48,320 nucleotides of DNA from Gemmatimonadota bacterium (GCA_039586795.1 JBDHJS010000028.1:1-48320), one strand, 5' to 3'. Numbered from the stretch's first letter, positions 1 to 9,186 are shown. Notes: generated from the letters alone by a model not told the origin. Translations and numbers: made by a program.

Positions 1-2
1 AT

Positions 3-1631
3 CGGTTCCAGCGCGTGTCGCCTATCGAAGTGACGGCGCTCGATCCCGGCGTTGTTCTTCACGGCTCGCAATACGTGCACCGAAGCACCGACGAGGGCCG
101 AACATGGACGACGATTTCGCCTGACCTCACGGCGTTCACGCCAGAGACTCAGGTCTTCTCCGGCGGTCCGATCACGAAGGACATCACCGGTGAAGAGTTC
201 TACTCGACGCTCTATGCGCTGCGAGTTTCGCCCCACGACCTGAACGTCATCTGGGCAGGCGCCAACGACGGGCCGGTACACGTGACGCGCGACGGCGGCC
301 GTAGCTGGACCGATGTAACTCCGGCGGGACTCCAGCCGGGCGGCCGCGTCGATGCGATCGAGCCGTCACCGCACGAGCCGGGCAAGGCGTACATCGCGGT
401 GCTGCGCTACCAACTCGACGATCCCGCGCCGTACATATATAAGACCACCGACTATGGTGCGTCCTGGACGCTTCTGACGAATGGCACCAACGGGATACCC
501 GACGGCTATCCGACGCGTGTCGTGCGCGAGGACCCGGAGCGTGAAGGGTTGCTGTATGCGGGAACCGAATACGGTATGTATGTCTCGTTCGACGACGGCG
601 AACACTGGCAGAGTCTGCAGCAGGATCTGCCCGTCACCCCGATCACTGATATCAAAGTCCACCAGGACGACCTCACGCTGTCGACGATGGGCCGCGGTTT
701 CTGGATCATGGACGACCTCGGTCCGCTGCGTCAGCTGGATGATCGAATCGCGGAATCACACGTGCATTTCTTCCAGCCCGAAGACGCGCACCGGTTGAGA
801 TACTCCTCATCCAGTCGTGCGCCTGCCGATCCTGAGTATCGCCCCGTCGGTGCGGTTGTCGACTACTACCTGGCGGAAGCCGTCGATGACGACATGACGT
901 TGGAGATTATCTCCGAGGACGGCGCGATTGTCCGAACGTTCTCCGGCGCGGGGCGCGATGCGGATGCCGAGCGTCCCGAGGAACCCGGCATGGGGTGGGT
1001 TCCGTTCCCCTCCGGCTCCGCGACCAACCGCTTGCCGACAACCGCCGGGATGCACCGGTTCGTTTGGGACCTTCGACACCCCGGACCGTGGAGTGGGGAG
1101 TCGGGACGTGGTGGGCGGGGCGGACCGATGGTCGCGCCGGGCACCTACACGGCTCGACTCAAAGTCGTTGGCAGGACTCAGGAGCGCAGGTTCAATGTCC
1201 TCATCGATCCGCGCGTACTACAGGACGGAGTCACTCGCGCCGACCTGTTGGCTCAGGAAGAGCTGAATCTGCGGGTACGGGATGCGCTGAGTCGAGCGCG
1301 GCGTACCGCGCAACGGATAGAGGAACTTCGCGGCACGCTGAACGAACGGTTGAATAGCCTGGAAGAGGGAAGCGTTCAGGCCGGCGAGGCTCGCTCCGTG
1401 GATGAGGAGATGAAGAGAATTCAGGATGCTCTGGTCTCCGACCGCAGCATTACGTATCCGCAGCGGATGCTGGTCGATCAGATACAGTATCTCTATGGCA
1501 TGACGACTTCGGCGGACCATGCGCCCGGGGCGGATGCCTATCAGCGAATCGAGACGTTGGAGGGCGAGCTCGAAGAGTTGATCGACAGGCTGGAGAGCTT
1601 GATCGAGGCGCGCCTGTCAGGACTCAGGTGA
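3..1631 (+). CDS. BNR/Asp-box repeat (sortilin/VPS10-like) glycosyl hydrolase, C-terminal part (5' truncated by window)
   Basis: Open frame from position 3; repeated Asp-box motifs (STDEGRTW, TRDGGRSW, TTDYGASW, SFDDGEHW); FlgD-like Ig segment and coiled-coil tail. Confidence 0.85.
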   Translation, partial: RFQRVSPIEVTALDPGVVLHGSQYVHRSTDEGRTWTTISPDLTAFTPETQVFSGGPITKDITGEEFYSTLYALRVSPHDLNVIWAGANDGPVHVTRDGGRSWTDVTPAGLQPGGRVDAIEPSPHEPGKAYIAVLRYQLDDPAPYIYKTTDYGASWTLLTNGTNGIPDGYPTRVVREDPEREGLLYAGTEYGMYVSFDDGEHWQSLQQDLPVTPITDIKVHQDDLTLSTMGRGFWIMDDLGPLRQLDDRIAESHVHFFQPEDAHRLRYSSSSRAPADPEYRPVGAVVDYYLAEAVDDDMTLEIISEDGAIVRTFSGAGRDADAERPEEPGMGWVPFPSGSATNRLPTTAGMHRFVWDLRHPGPWSGESGRGGRGGPMVAPGTYTARLKVVGRTQERRFNVLIDPRVLQDGVTRADLLAQEELNLRVRDALSRARRTAQRIEELRGTLNERLNSLEEGSVQAGEARSVDEEMKRIQDALVSDRSITYPQRMLVDQIQYLYGMTTSADHAPGADAYQRIETLEGELEELIDRLESLIEARLSGLR

Positions 1632-1658
1632 AAAGAGGTTCGACGCAGTCGAACCTCT
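1631..1658 (-). terminator. Intrinsic terminator hairpin between convergent genes
   Basis: Stem AGAGGTTCGAC (1634-1644) / GTCGAACCTCT (1648-1658); A run at 1631-1634 gives a U tail on the minus strand. Confidence 0.7.
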
Positions 1659-1673
1659 CCGTAAATAGGGTGG

Positions 1674-2321
1674 CTAACGGCGCGCGACCAGCATCCATTG
1701 CTGGGAGCGGTTACCTGTGAACTCCTCGTGGCGCTCCAGAATCTCGAAGCCTGCTGCCTGCAGTTCCTCTTCTGCGATATCGATACTTATATCGTGACTC
1801 TCCGTCTGCTCTGTCCGTGACTCGTCGTCATCCGACGGCACATGGTCCAACATCACGAGCCGGCCACCGGGTTTAAGGGCATCCAGCATCGCCGCCAGCA
1901 TGGCCTCGTGTTCGGTCATCTCATGGTATGCGTTCACCACGAGGATGGCGTCCAGTGCCTCGCTCGGGAGATTCGGGTCATCCAATTCGCCACGCACCAC
2001 GTCCACGTTGTCGAGATCGTCGTTATCGACGAGGCGCCTCAGGTTTGATAGTGCTCGCTCGCTGATGTCTACGGCGAACACGCGACCGCTGGAGCCTACT
2101 TCATCCGAGAGATACTCGACGAAATAGCCGTCGCCTGCACCTACGTCGGCGACGTAACTCCCCTCGCCGATCGCCATCGCCACCAGGATATCTGGGACCC
2201 GCTGCCAGCGGTCGCGGTTTCGCTGTGCCTGCAGATCCAGGGGCTGGATGATGGCGGCAGAAAGAGCCAGGGCCAGCAGTAGGGGTGGGCGGTAGGCTGT
2301 CGATCGGCGTGGTTCCCTCAT
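1674..2321 (-). CDS. Class I SAM-dependent methyltransferase with N-terminal signal peptide
   Basis: VADVGAGDG motif I, AVDI, LDAILVVNAYHE, LKPGGRL; ATG 2321 preceded by GGAG; hydrophobic leader ending LQA|QR. Confidence 0.88.
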   Translation of the reverse strand: MREPRRSTAYRPPLLLALALSAAIIQPLDLQAQRNRDRWQRVPDILVAMAIGEGSYVADVGAGDGYFVEYLSDEVGSSGRVFAVDISERALSNLRRLVDNDDLDNVDVVRGELDDPNLPSEALDAILVVNAYHEMTEHEAMLAAMLDALKPGGRLVMLDHVPSDDDESRTEQTESHDISIDIAEEELQAAGFEILERHEEFTGNRSQQWMLVARR

Positions 2322-2484
2322 CTTCTTCTCCACAGTAGAGCGAGCGGGGCGTTCGGGATACGAGGATAGCAGCTTTTCTAGAATAGGACGCTCGGCGGGA
2401 CCATACCGTTCGCCAGCGCTGAAGGGTCGGCGAACGGTTTCGCCACGGCAGTTGTCTTATGTGGTAGGGAGTTTACCGACAAGG

Positions 2485-3849
2485 ATGCCATCGATCCAGA
2501 AAGCCAAACGCGTGCAAGACCTTTCCAGAAAACTCCGTCTCTTTCCAGCCACAAACATCGTCATCGCCAACATGATCGGAGCCGGGATCTTCACCACGTC
2601 CGGGCTCCTGCTTCAGGAGATCGGTAGTCCTGGCCTTATGGTCAGCCTCTGGGCGGCCGGCGGACTCATCGCCCTGTGTGGTGCTTTCTGTTACGGTGAG
2701 CTCGGGTCAGCCATCCCCCGGGCCGGCGGAGAGTACGTCTACCTGTCCGAGCTGTTCCACCCGACGCTCGGGTTCTTGACTGGCTGGGTCTCATTCTTCG
2801 TTGGGTTCTCGGCGCCGCTGGCCGCGTCATCCCTCGGCTTCAGTGAGTACTTGACCAGAGCCGCTCCGGGGCTCGTCGCGTGGGGCGATCCCGAGCTGAT
2901 CAAGAAGGCGCTAGCGATCATCGTCGTACTGATACTGACGTTGGTGCACTTGAGAGGATTGGAGTTCGGTTCCCGAGTGCAGAACTATCTGACGGTCGGC
3001 AAAGTGGTTCTAATCGCCGGACTGGTCATCGTCGGCTTCTCGATCGGGCGTGGCAGCTTCGCACACTTTCAACAGGGCGCCGAACCGCAACCGGGGATCG
3101 CGGGGTGGAAGACGGCTGGCCTGTCGCTGATGTGGATCATGTTCGCGTACAGCGGCTGGAATGCCTCCGCCTACATCGGGTCCGAGATTCGCGATCCCGA
3201 ACGCAACCTCCCGCGCTCCCTTATTCTGGGTACCGGCGTCGTCATGCTGCTCTATCTCAGCCTGAACGTCCTCTTCGTATACGCCGTCGCGCCCAGCGAG
3301 ATGAGCGGTGTGATCCCGGTCGGTGGCGTCGCGGCACTCGGGTTGTTCGGAGGTGCGGCCGACACGCTGATATCGCTGCTTATCGCCTTCGCGCTGCTCT
3401 CATCGATCAGCGCGCTGATCATCCTCGGTCCCCGCGTCTACTACGCGATGTCTCGGGATGGCTACTTCTTCAAGGCTGTGTCGCAGGTGCATCCCGTCTT
3501 CCGCGTGCCATCAAAAGCGATCGTGCTGCAGTTCCTTATCGCGGCGGTGATGGTGGTTTCCGGGACCTTCGACCAGATCCTCACGTACATGGGATTCTGT
3601 CTGGGGATCTTTCCCATCGTCGCTGTCCTGGGCGTGATCAAATTGAGGGCGGCAGGCAAGAGCGCGTATCGCATGCCGTTGTATCCGCTCGCCCCTATCG
3701 TGTTCATCGCCGCAAGTCTGGTCATCCTGGTCCTCGCTTACCTGGAGCGACCGATCGAATCGTCGATAGCGGTGGCAACGGTGGCCGTCGGAATACCTGT
3801 TTATGTCTTCTTCAGCAAGTCCCGGGCTGCAACAGGAGTCGAGTCATGA
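2485..3849 (+). CDS. APC family amino acid permease
   Basis: NMIGAGIF, YGELGSAIPRAGGEYVYL, FAYSGW, EIRDPERNLPR, PRVYYAMSRDG; about 12 TM segments; start codon uncertain (2452/2485/2512). Confidence 0.9.
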   Translation: MPSIQKAKRVQDLSRKLRLFPATNIVIANMIGAGIFTTSGLLLQEIGSPGLMVSLWAAGGLIALCGAFCYGELGSAIPRAGGEYVYLSELFHPTLGFLTGWVSFFVGFSAPLAASSLGFSEYLTRAAPGLVAWGDPELIKKALAIIVVLILTLVHLRGLEFGSRVQNYLTVGKVVLIAGLVIVGFSIGRGSFAHFQQGAEPQPGIAGWKTAGLSLMWIMFAYSGWNASAYIGSEIRDPERNLPRSLILGTGVVMLLYLSLNVLFVYAVAPSEMSGVIPVGGVAALGLFGGAADTLISLLIAFALLSSISALIILGPRVYYAMSRDGYFFKAVSQVHPVFRVPSKAIVLQFLIAAVMVVSGTFDQILTYMGFCLGIFPIVAVLGVIKLRAAGKSAYRMPLYPLAPIVFIAASLVILVLAYLERPIESSIAVATVAVGIPVYVFFSKSRAATGVES

Positions 3850-4496
3850 GGTGCTCACGCAAAGTACTCTGGATCGTCCTCGCGCTTTGTGTCGGCGTCT
3901 GGATTCCGGCCGGTCTGGCGCAGGAGAGCGAGCAGCAGGATGATCTCGATTCTCGTGTCCAGAGCTTCCTTGATAGAAACCGGGGCACGTGGCGTGACAT
4001 GAACGTTCCCACGGCGGACGGCAAGGTGCTCTTCGATCTGGTATTGGAGAACGGCTATACGAAAGCCCTGGAGATCGGCACCTCGACGGGGTACTCGGCA
4101 ATATGGATCGCCTGGGCGCTGAGCAAGACGGGCGGCACGTTGATCACAATCGAGATTGACGAGGGCCGTTATCGAAAAGCGATAAAGAACTTCGAGGAAG
4201 CCGGGTTGAGCGAGTTCATCGATGCGCGGCTGGCCGACGCCCATGAACTGGTGCCGGTGCTGGAAGGGCCGTTCGACTTTGTCTTCGTCGACGCGGACAA
4301 GAACTGGTACACGAACTATTTCGAGGCTGTCTTGCCGAAGCTCGAAGTCGACGGGTGCTTTACAGCCCACAATGTGAATATGAGGGGCATGACCGGGTTC
4401 CTTGCTGCCTTGACTGAGACTCCCAACCTGGAAACGGAGATCGTTGATGCTAGCCGATCGGGAATCTCGGTTAGCTACAAGAGGTCGCGGGAATGA
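3846..4496 (+). CDS. O-methyltransferase (CCoAOMT/TrmR-like class I SAM MTase) with signal peptide
   Basis: LEIGTSTGYS, TIEID, FDFVFVDADKNWY; ATG overlaps the permease stop (ATGA); leader ending AGLA|QE. Confidence 0.88.
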   Translation: MRCSRKVLWIVLALCVGVWIPAGLAQESEQQDDLDSRVQSFLDRNRGTWRDMNVPTADGKVLFDLVLENGYTKALEIGTSTGYSAIWIAWALSKTGGTLITIEIDEGRYRKAIKNFEEAGLSEFIDARLADAHELVPVLEGPFDFVFVDADKNWYTNYFEAVLPKLEVDGCFTAHNVNMRGMTGFLAALTETPNLETEIVDASRSGISVSYKRSRE

Positions 4497-4520
4497 GTCG
4501 GCATCTTCTTGAAATGACCA

Positions 4521-4550
4521 GGGGCCGCTCCGATCGCTCGAAGCGGCCCC
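4521..4550. terminator. GC-rich hairpin between convergent genes (likely bidirectional terminator)
   Basis: GGGGCCGCT ... AGCGGCCCC inverted repeat. Confidence 0.6.
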
Positions 4551-4578
4551 TTCCGGCCTCGTGAAAAACAGGCTCTAA

Positions 4579-4788
4579 CTAGCCCAGTCGTGTCACGTTC
4601 TGAGCCGCCGGGCCCTTCTCACCCTCGACGATGTCGAATTCCACGCGCTCACCCTCGTTTAGGCTCTTGAAGCCTTCAGCCTGGATGGCGGTGTGATGGA
4701 CGAAGCAGTCTTTCTCTCCGCCCTCGGGCGTGATGAAGCCAAAGCCCTTGCTGTCGTTGAACCACTTCACGGTTCCGGTCGTACGCAT
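4579..4788 (-). CDS. cspA: Cold-shock protein (CspA family), 69 aa
   Basis: [19 protein letters not shown] (RNP1), DCFVHHTAI (RNP2), [18 protein letters not shown] upstream of ATG 4788. Confidence 0.96.
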   Translation of the reverse strand: MRTTGTVKWFNDSKGFGFITPEGGEKDCFVHHTAIQAEGFKSLNEGERVEFDIVEGEKGPAAQNVTRLG

Positions 4789-4933
4789 TCGCCTACTCCT
4801 ATAAAAATGTTCTGTAATCGGAGTGCGGCGCTGCCGTACGTACCGACTACACGTTCTGCGCGGACTTTGCCCCCGCGCTGGGCTAACCGTCCGACCGCCG
4901 GCGTCTGTGCCGGACGGCCGATCTCGGAACACG

Positions 4934-4966
4934 AAAAAAAGGGACCTTCGCATGAGCCAGGTCCCT
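4934..4966 (-). terminator. Intrinsic terminator within the putative cspA leader
   Basis: Minus strand reads GGGACCT-N11-AGGTCCC followed by 7 T. Confidence 0.75.
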
Positions 4967-4999
4967 CGTATTAGTCGCTGGTGTTCACAACGGCGCTGT

Positions 5000-5028
5000 A
5001 GGCTAACTGTATAGCCGGTTTTTGTCAA
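5000..5028 (-). promoter_or_regulatory. Sigma70-type promoter oriented toward cspA
   Basis: Minus strand TTGACA (5028-5023), 17-nt spacer, TAGCCT (5005-5000). Confidence 0.65.
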
Positions 5029-5152
5029 TAGTGGCCTTGTCTGGGGCAATTCCTCGCCTACCCTCGCCCAAATGGCCTTCTCAGTGTAACTTTCGCTGCC
5101 ACTACTCACCTGGAAGCCGGCCTGTCTGCCGGCAGTCAAGGGGAACACACAC

Positions 5153-6757
5153 GTGCGACCACTACGAGTCGGAATACTCGACCTCGTGTCGAAGGCTCCT
5201 ACACGCTCACTCTGGGCGCGAGTCATGCATCCCAACCTGGCGAGTATCATGCCTCAGGCGGTTGCCGTCTGGTGCGACGAGGCAGGCCACGATGTCAGCT
5301 TCGTCTGCTACACGGGGCTGGAGGATCTGTCGAAAGAGCTGCCGGGAGACACGGACCTGCTCTTTATCGGTGCGTTCACGCAGGCCGCGCAGCTCGCCTA
5401 TTCGGTGAGCAACTTGTTCCGCCAGCGCGGCGTCGTGACCGTGCTGGGTGGGCCCCACGCCCGCTGCTACCCCGATGATGCCGTAAAGTACTTCGACTAC
5501 GTACTTGGGTTCACCGACAAGACAGTGATCGACACCGTGCTGGACGACTGTACCCCACATCGCCCGCTCGGTGTGCACCTGACCGCGGATCAACAGCCTT
5601 TAAGCTTGCCAGGCGTAAGGGACCGATGGAAGTACATCGAACCGACGCTGGCAAAGGCGCCCACTGCAATCAAAGCGGTGCCGATGGTTGGCAGCTTAGG
5701 CTGCCCTTACACCTGCAACTTCTGTATCGACTCCGAGGTTGACTATCAACCGCTCAGCCGGGACCAGATCCGCGACGATCTACGGTTCTTGAGCCAGAAG
5801 ATGCCGAAAGCAGCCGTTGGATGGCATGACCCGAACTTCGGTGTGCGGTTCAACGACTATATGGATGCTATCGAGGAGGGGATTGGGAGTAATCCGACGC
5901 CGTTCATAGCCGAGAGTAGCCTCTCGCTTCTGTCGGAGGCGAATCTGAAGCGCATGCGCGATACGGGCTTCAAGGCGCTGCTGCCCGGGATCGAATCTTG
6001 GTTCTCTCTTGGCGGGAAATCGAAGACGGGCCGAACGCAGGGGATCGACAAGGTCAACAAGATTTCGGAGCACGTGAACTTGATGTTGCGTTACATCCCG
6101 TACGTGCAAACGAACTTTGTGCTTGGTCTCGATGAGGACGAGGGTGCCGAGCCGTTCGAGTTGACGAAGCGATTCCAGGACAAGACGCCTGGTGCATTTC
6201 CCGGGTACTCCCAATTGACAGCGTTTGGTGAGGCCGCGCCGCTAAATCTCGAAATGCAGAAGGAGGGTCGCGTTCTTCCGTTCCCCTTCCATTTCCTGAA
6301 CAACAATCACGCGATGAACGTGCGCCCGAAGAACTACGAATGGCCGGAGTTCTACGATCGCGTAATCGATTTGACCAAGTATTCCTTCTCCTGGAAGATG
6401 ATCGCCCGGCGCGCTCGCGGTACACGGTTGGGTTTCTCGACCTGGCTGAACGTGGTTCGCGCTATCTCCTCCGAGGGGTTTGGGCGGATCAGGTATTACC
6501 GAACGGTACGGCGGCTGCTGGACACCGACAGGTCCGTCAGGCGTTTCTTCGATGGCGAAACGAGCGAGGTGCCTGCTTTCTATACGGATCGCGTGAAGCA
6601 GGATCTTGGCCCGCTGTGGGAATATCTTCCGGCAGGTGCGCTGGACCACGATCCCAACGCGTATCTCAAGAAGACTACGCAAGCAGCGGTCTCCGCCCGC
6701 GTCGATCGATCGCGGCCGGGCGTCGTTGGCTTGCCGGTCGCTGGAGGATCACCGTAG
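5153..6757 (+). CDS. B12-binding-domain radical SAM protein
   Basis: N-terminal cobalamin-binding-like Rossmann segment (VLGGPHA); GCPYTCNFC CxxxCxxC motif; PGIES; FVLGLD. Confidence 0.88.
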   Translation: MRPLRVGILDLVSKAPTRSLWARVMHPNLASIMPQAVAVWCDEAGHDVSFVCYTGLEDLSKELPGDTDLLFIGAFTQAAQLAYSVSNLFRQRGVVTVLGGPHARCYPDDAVKYFDYVLGFTDKTVIDTVLDDCTPHRPLGVHLTADQQPLSLPGVRDRWKYIEPTLAKAPTAIKAVPMVGSLGCPYTCNFCIDSEVDYQPLSRDQIRDDLRFLSQKMPKAAVGWHDPNFGVRFNDYMDAIEEGIGSNPTPFIAESSLSLLSEANLKRMRDTGFKALLPGIESWFSLGGKSKTGRTQGIDKVNKISEHVNLMLRYIPYVQTNFVLGLDEDEGAEPFELTKRFQDKTPGAFPGYSQLTAFGEAAPLNLEMQKEGRVLPFPFHFLNNNHAMNVRPKNYEWPEFYDRVIDLTKYSFSWKMIARRARGTRLGFSTWLNVVRAISSEGFGRIRYYRTVRRLLDTDRSVRRFFDGETSEVPAFYTDRVKQDLGPLWEYLPAGALDHDPNAYLKKTTQAAVSARVDRSRPGVVGLPVAGGSP

Positions 6758-6838
6758 CCCGACGACCGCCTTGTGGTGCCGTGGCAACAACAACCCGAAC
6801 GACAAAGCAGCTGTAGCCGCGTTGCGAGCCCTTGTCCG

Positions 6839-6854
6839 TGGCGCCGATATTGCA
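6839..6854 (+). promoter_or_regulatory. Sigma-54 (-24/-12) promoter candidate
   Basis: TGGCGC-CGATA-TTGCA with exact GG-N10-GC spacing, 85 nt upstream of CDS 6939. Confidence 0.65.
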
Positions 6855-6938
6855 TCTTGGTGTATAGTGCATTGATGGGGAGCGAGCGGTGCGCCCCGCA
6901 CGTCCCGCAAGACTGATCTTCCCTGCGAACAGGGTGTT

Positions 6939-7406
6939 GTGAGCGTGCCAGGTCAGATCCACTATACTTCCAAGCTTTCTGCTGAACATCTCTCAGCGTT
7001 GCAGGAGCTGATGTTCTTCAACGAAAACCAGCCGCAGTACCGGGCCGGTATCGTCGCCTCGATCGAGAAGTTCGGCGAACCCATGGTCCGCAGCGAAGGT
7101 GGCTACCTGAGGATCCATACCACACGCCTTGGTGAAGTGCAGACGCTGTTCGCTGTGGAGGAGGCAGAGGAGAGCTCCAGACCGATCGGCGTCGCGATCT
7201 ACGCGCGAAGCGCCGAGGACGCCATCACGGTTCTTCACATCGGAGTCGATAAGGACTTCGCCAGCGATGGGCTACACGCCGATCACATGGTGGCCATCAA
7301 CTTGTTCCAGCGTTTGATCGAGGTGGGGCGGAAGATCCGGGGCATTCGCAAGGCCATTGTACTCTACGGACCCACCGAGTACACAGAGATTCCCATTCGT
7401 CGTTAA
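6939..7406 (+). CDS. Hypothetical protein, possible GNAT-like fold
   Basis: 155-aa ORF with coding-like composition; PIGVAIYAR...ITVLHIGVDKDF..G pattern resembles GNAT beta3-beta4/motif A. Confidence 0.65.
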   Translation: MSVPGQIHYTSKLSAEHLSALQELMFFNENQPQYRAGIVASIEKFGEPMVRSEGGYLRIHTTRLGEVQTLFAVEEAEESSRPIGVAIYARSAEDAITVLHIGVDKDFASDGLHADHMVAINLFQRLIEVGRKIRGIRKAIVLYGPTEYTEIPIRR

Positions 7407-7461
7407 CTCTCTCCCGTTCCTTTGCGGCGAGAGGTGGTTCGTTTGAGACCGCCGGAGGAGT

Positions 7462-7815
7462 ATGGCTGGACTTCATTTAGGAGTGGTGGTGCTGAGTCTT
7501 CTCGTCCTGGCGGCCCACTTCCTCCGCGCCGGGGCGCTTCCCGTAGTTGGCGCGCTCTTACTTCTTGTCGCGCTTCTTTTCGTCCGTCGCCCGTGGGCGG
7601 CGCGTACCATCCAGATCGTTCTGGTTCTGGGAGCATTGGAGTGGCTGAGGACGCTCTATCTCTTGGCCGGCGTGCGCATCGATAGTGGTGAACCCTTCTT
7701 GAGGTTGGTGTTGATACTTGGGGCTGTGGCGCTTGTCACACTGATTGCGGCGTTGAGTTTCCAGACGCGCTCGTTGCGTAGAGTATACGGTATCGGGAGC
7801 GATTCCGGTTCTTGA
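7462..7815 (+). CDS. Small hypothetical membrane protein (about 4 TM)
   Basis: GGAGGAG RBS; Leu-rich hydrophobic helices; LAAHFLR and GALEW motifs. Confidence 0.8.
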   Translation: MAGLHLGVVVLSLLVLAAHFLRAGALPVVGALLLLVALLFVRRPWAARTIQIVLVLGALEWLRTLYLLAGVRIDSGEPFLRLVLILGAVALVTLIAALSFQTRSLRRVYGIGSDSGS

Positions 7816-7822
7816 CCGGTTC

Positions 7823-8059
7823 CCAGAGAGCGGTCGATACAACACTCCGATCGATCGCGCGCAGTCGGCGGTTACCGCGGATTTGGCGGCAGAATACTGG
7901 CGCGGTGTTGCACGCGAGATCGCCGACGATCACCCGTACGCTTTCCTCCGGTTCTTCAGTGAGCTGGTGTTAGTAAACGAGCGGGTGCAGGACACCAATA
8001 TCAACACCTACGGTGTCTATCATGATCTGCATCGCTGGAGAGTTGTAGAGAGTCAATAG
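7823..8059 (+). pseudogene. Remnant of C-terminus of family 5 (peptide/nickel) ABC substrate-binding protein
   Basis: Frame missed by the ORF track reads PESGRYNTPIDRAQSAVTADLAAEYWRGVAREIADDHPYAFLRFFSELVLVNERVQDTNINTYGVYHDLHRWRVVESQ*, matching the typical SBP_bac_5 tail; no credible start or N-terminus. Confidence 0.55.
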
Positions 8060-8067
8060 CTGGAGAT

Positions 8068-8136
8068 CGGGAGTCAGGAGCCGGGGAACCCGTACCAGGC
8101 CATCTCCCCCTTAGTTCCCCGAACCCCCGAGTCCCG
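8068..8136. repeat. Imperfect inverted repeat built from ~7-nt units
   Basis: CGGGAGTCAGGAGCCGGGGAAC (8068-8089) versus GTTCCCCGAACCCCCGAGTCCCG (8114-8136). Confidence 0.6.
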
Positions 8137-8175
8137 TAATCACAGAATCCGCAAACCGGGTAGAGTGCCCCGGTC

Positions 8176-8949
8176 CTAGAACGTGTAGACGGGAAGCCTG
8201 CCGTTCGTCACCGCCGATACACAGGCCCACACGCAATCTGCATCGAACTGAGAGCCCGCGTTCATTTGTAGCTCACCCAGGGCTCTGAACACTGAGAGCG
8301 CTCGCCGGTACGGTCGCTCGCTGGTCATGGCATCGAATGCGTCCGCTACGGCGACGATCTTTGCTTCGATCGAGAGCGTCGAGGTGCCGAGGTGGTTTGC
8401 CAGCTGGACGGCATCGACTCGCTCATGGTGCCAACGGACTATGTCCAGAACCGGCGAGTCGCCAGGCAAGAGCGGATCGAGTATTCGGGCACCGATGATC
8501 GTGTGCTGCATCACGTGATCATATTCTTCCGCTGTGAGCCGTTCCGGCTTGTGCAGGATGTCTTCGCGCACGCCGATCTTGCCGACGTCGTGGAGCTCAC
8601 CTCCTAAAGCGAGCATCGCTTGTTCTTTGTCGCTCATGCCGAGTTCGCGGGCGATGGCGACCGAGTAGGCTCCGACGCGCCGTGAGTGGCCCCAGGTATA
8701 GGCATCCTTCGCCTCCAGGGCGTGGGCGAGGGAGCGAACGGCGCGGAGCAGCGGCTCGAATCCAGAACCAGATCCATTCGAGCCCTGATGACCGGCCGTA
8801 TCATTTCGATTCTGAACCAGTTCCGCCAACGGAAGGACGAAGATCGGATGGCCAATGCTCGGGTGGATCGGCGCGGCACCACGCTTACGAACCGCGCGGT
8901 CTCTCCGCCTGGCCTGGAGCATTCTCGAACCCGTCGTGCGCTGCACCAT
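8176..8949 (-). CDS. HD-GYP domain protein (GYP motif degenerate)
   Basis: EAKDAYTWGHSRRV, LHDVGKIG, HHER, VAVADAFDAMTSERPYRR; likely start ATG 8949 with GAGGA RBS. Confidence 0.88.
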   Translation of the reverse strand: MVQRTTGSRMLQARRRDRAVRKRGAAPIHPSIGHPIFVLPLAELVQNRNDTAGHQGSNGSGSGFEPLLRAVRSLAHALEAKDAYTWGHSRRVGAYSVAIARELGMSDKEQAMLALGGELHDVGKIGVREDILHKPERLTAEEYDHVMQHTIIGARILDPLLPGDSPVLDIVRWHHERVDAVQLANHLGTSTLSIEAKIVAVADAFDAMTSERPYRRALSVFRALGELQMNAGSQFDADCVWACVSAVTNGRLPVYTF

Positions 8950-9170
8950 CAGATCCTCGATCTCTATCGGTCGACTCCGACCGTGTTTTACCACAGTGAA
9001 CAATGCCATGCGCGGCTGACTCGAATAAGTGCAACGAGCGGGCCAATCACGCTTGCGCCTTGGAACGCAACGGTTTTCTCGAGGAGGAGTATCTGAGTTG
9101 GAGTAGATCAGGTGATCCATTTCGTACCAGCTGAATTGTTTCATGGCAGAATCGTGCGGCTGCCACAAAA

Positions 9171-9186
9171 TGGCACAGGACCTGCA
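9171..9186 (+). promoter_or_regulatory. Sigma-54 (-24/-12) promoter candidate
   Basis: TGGCAC-AGGAC-CTGCA, GG-N10-GC spacing. Confidence 0.6.

Noticed and set aside
2880..3845. Long N-terminal extension of ORF 2880..4496
   Set aside because: Alternative frame inside the permease gene; the real O-methyltransferase starts at ATG 3846
4789..5250. N-terminal extension of the 223-aa cold-shock ORF
   Set aside because: The Csp domain starts at ATG 4788 with a clear RBS; the extension crosses a promoter and a terminator
7898..7912. TGGCGCGGTGTTGCA as a sigma-54 promoter
   Set aside because: Spacing is GG-N9-GC, not N10, and it lies inside the SBP remnant frame
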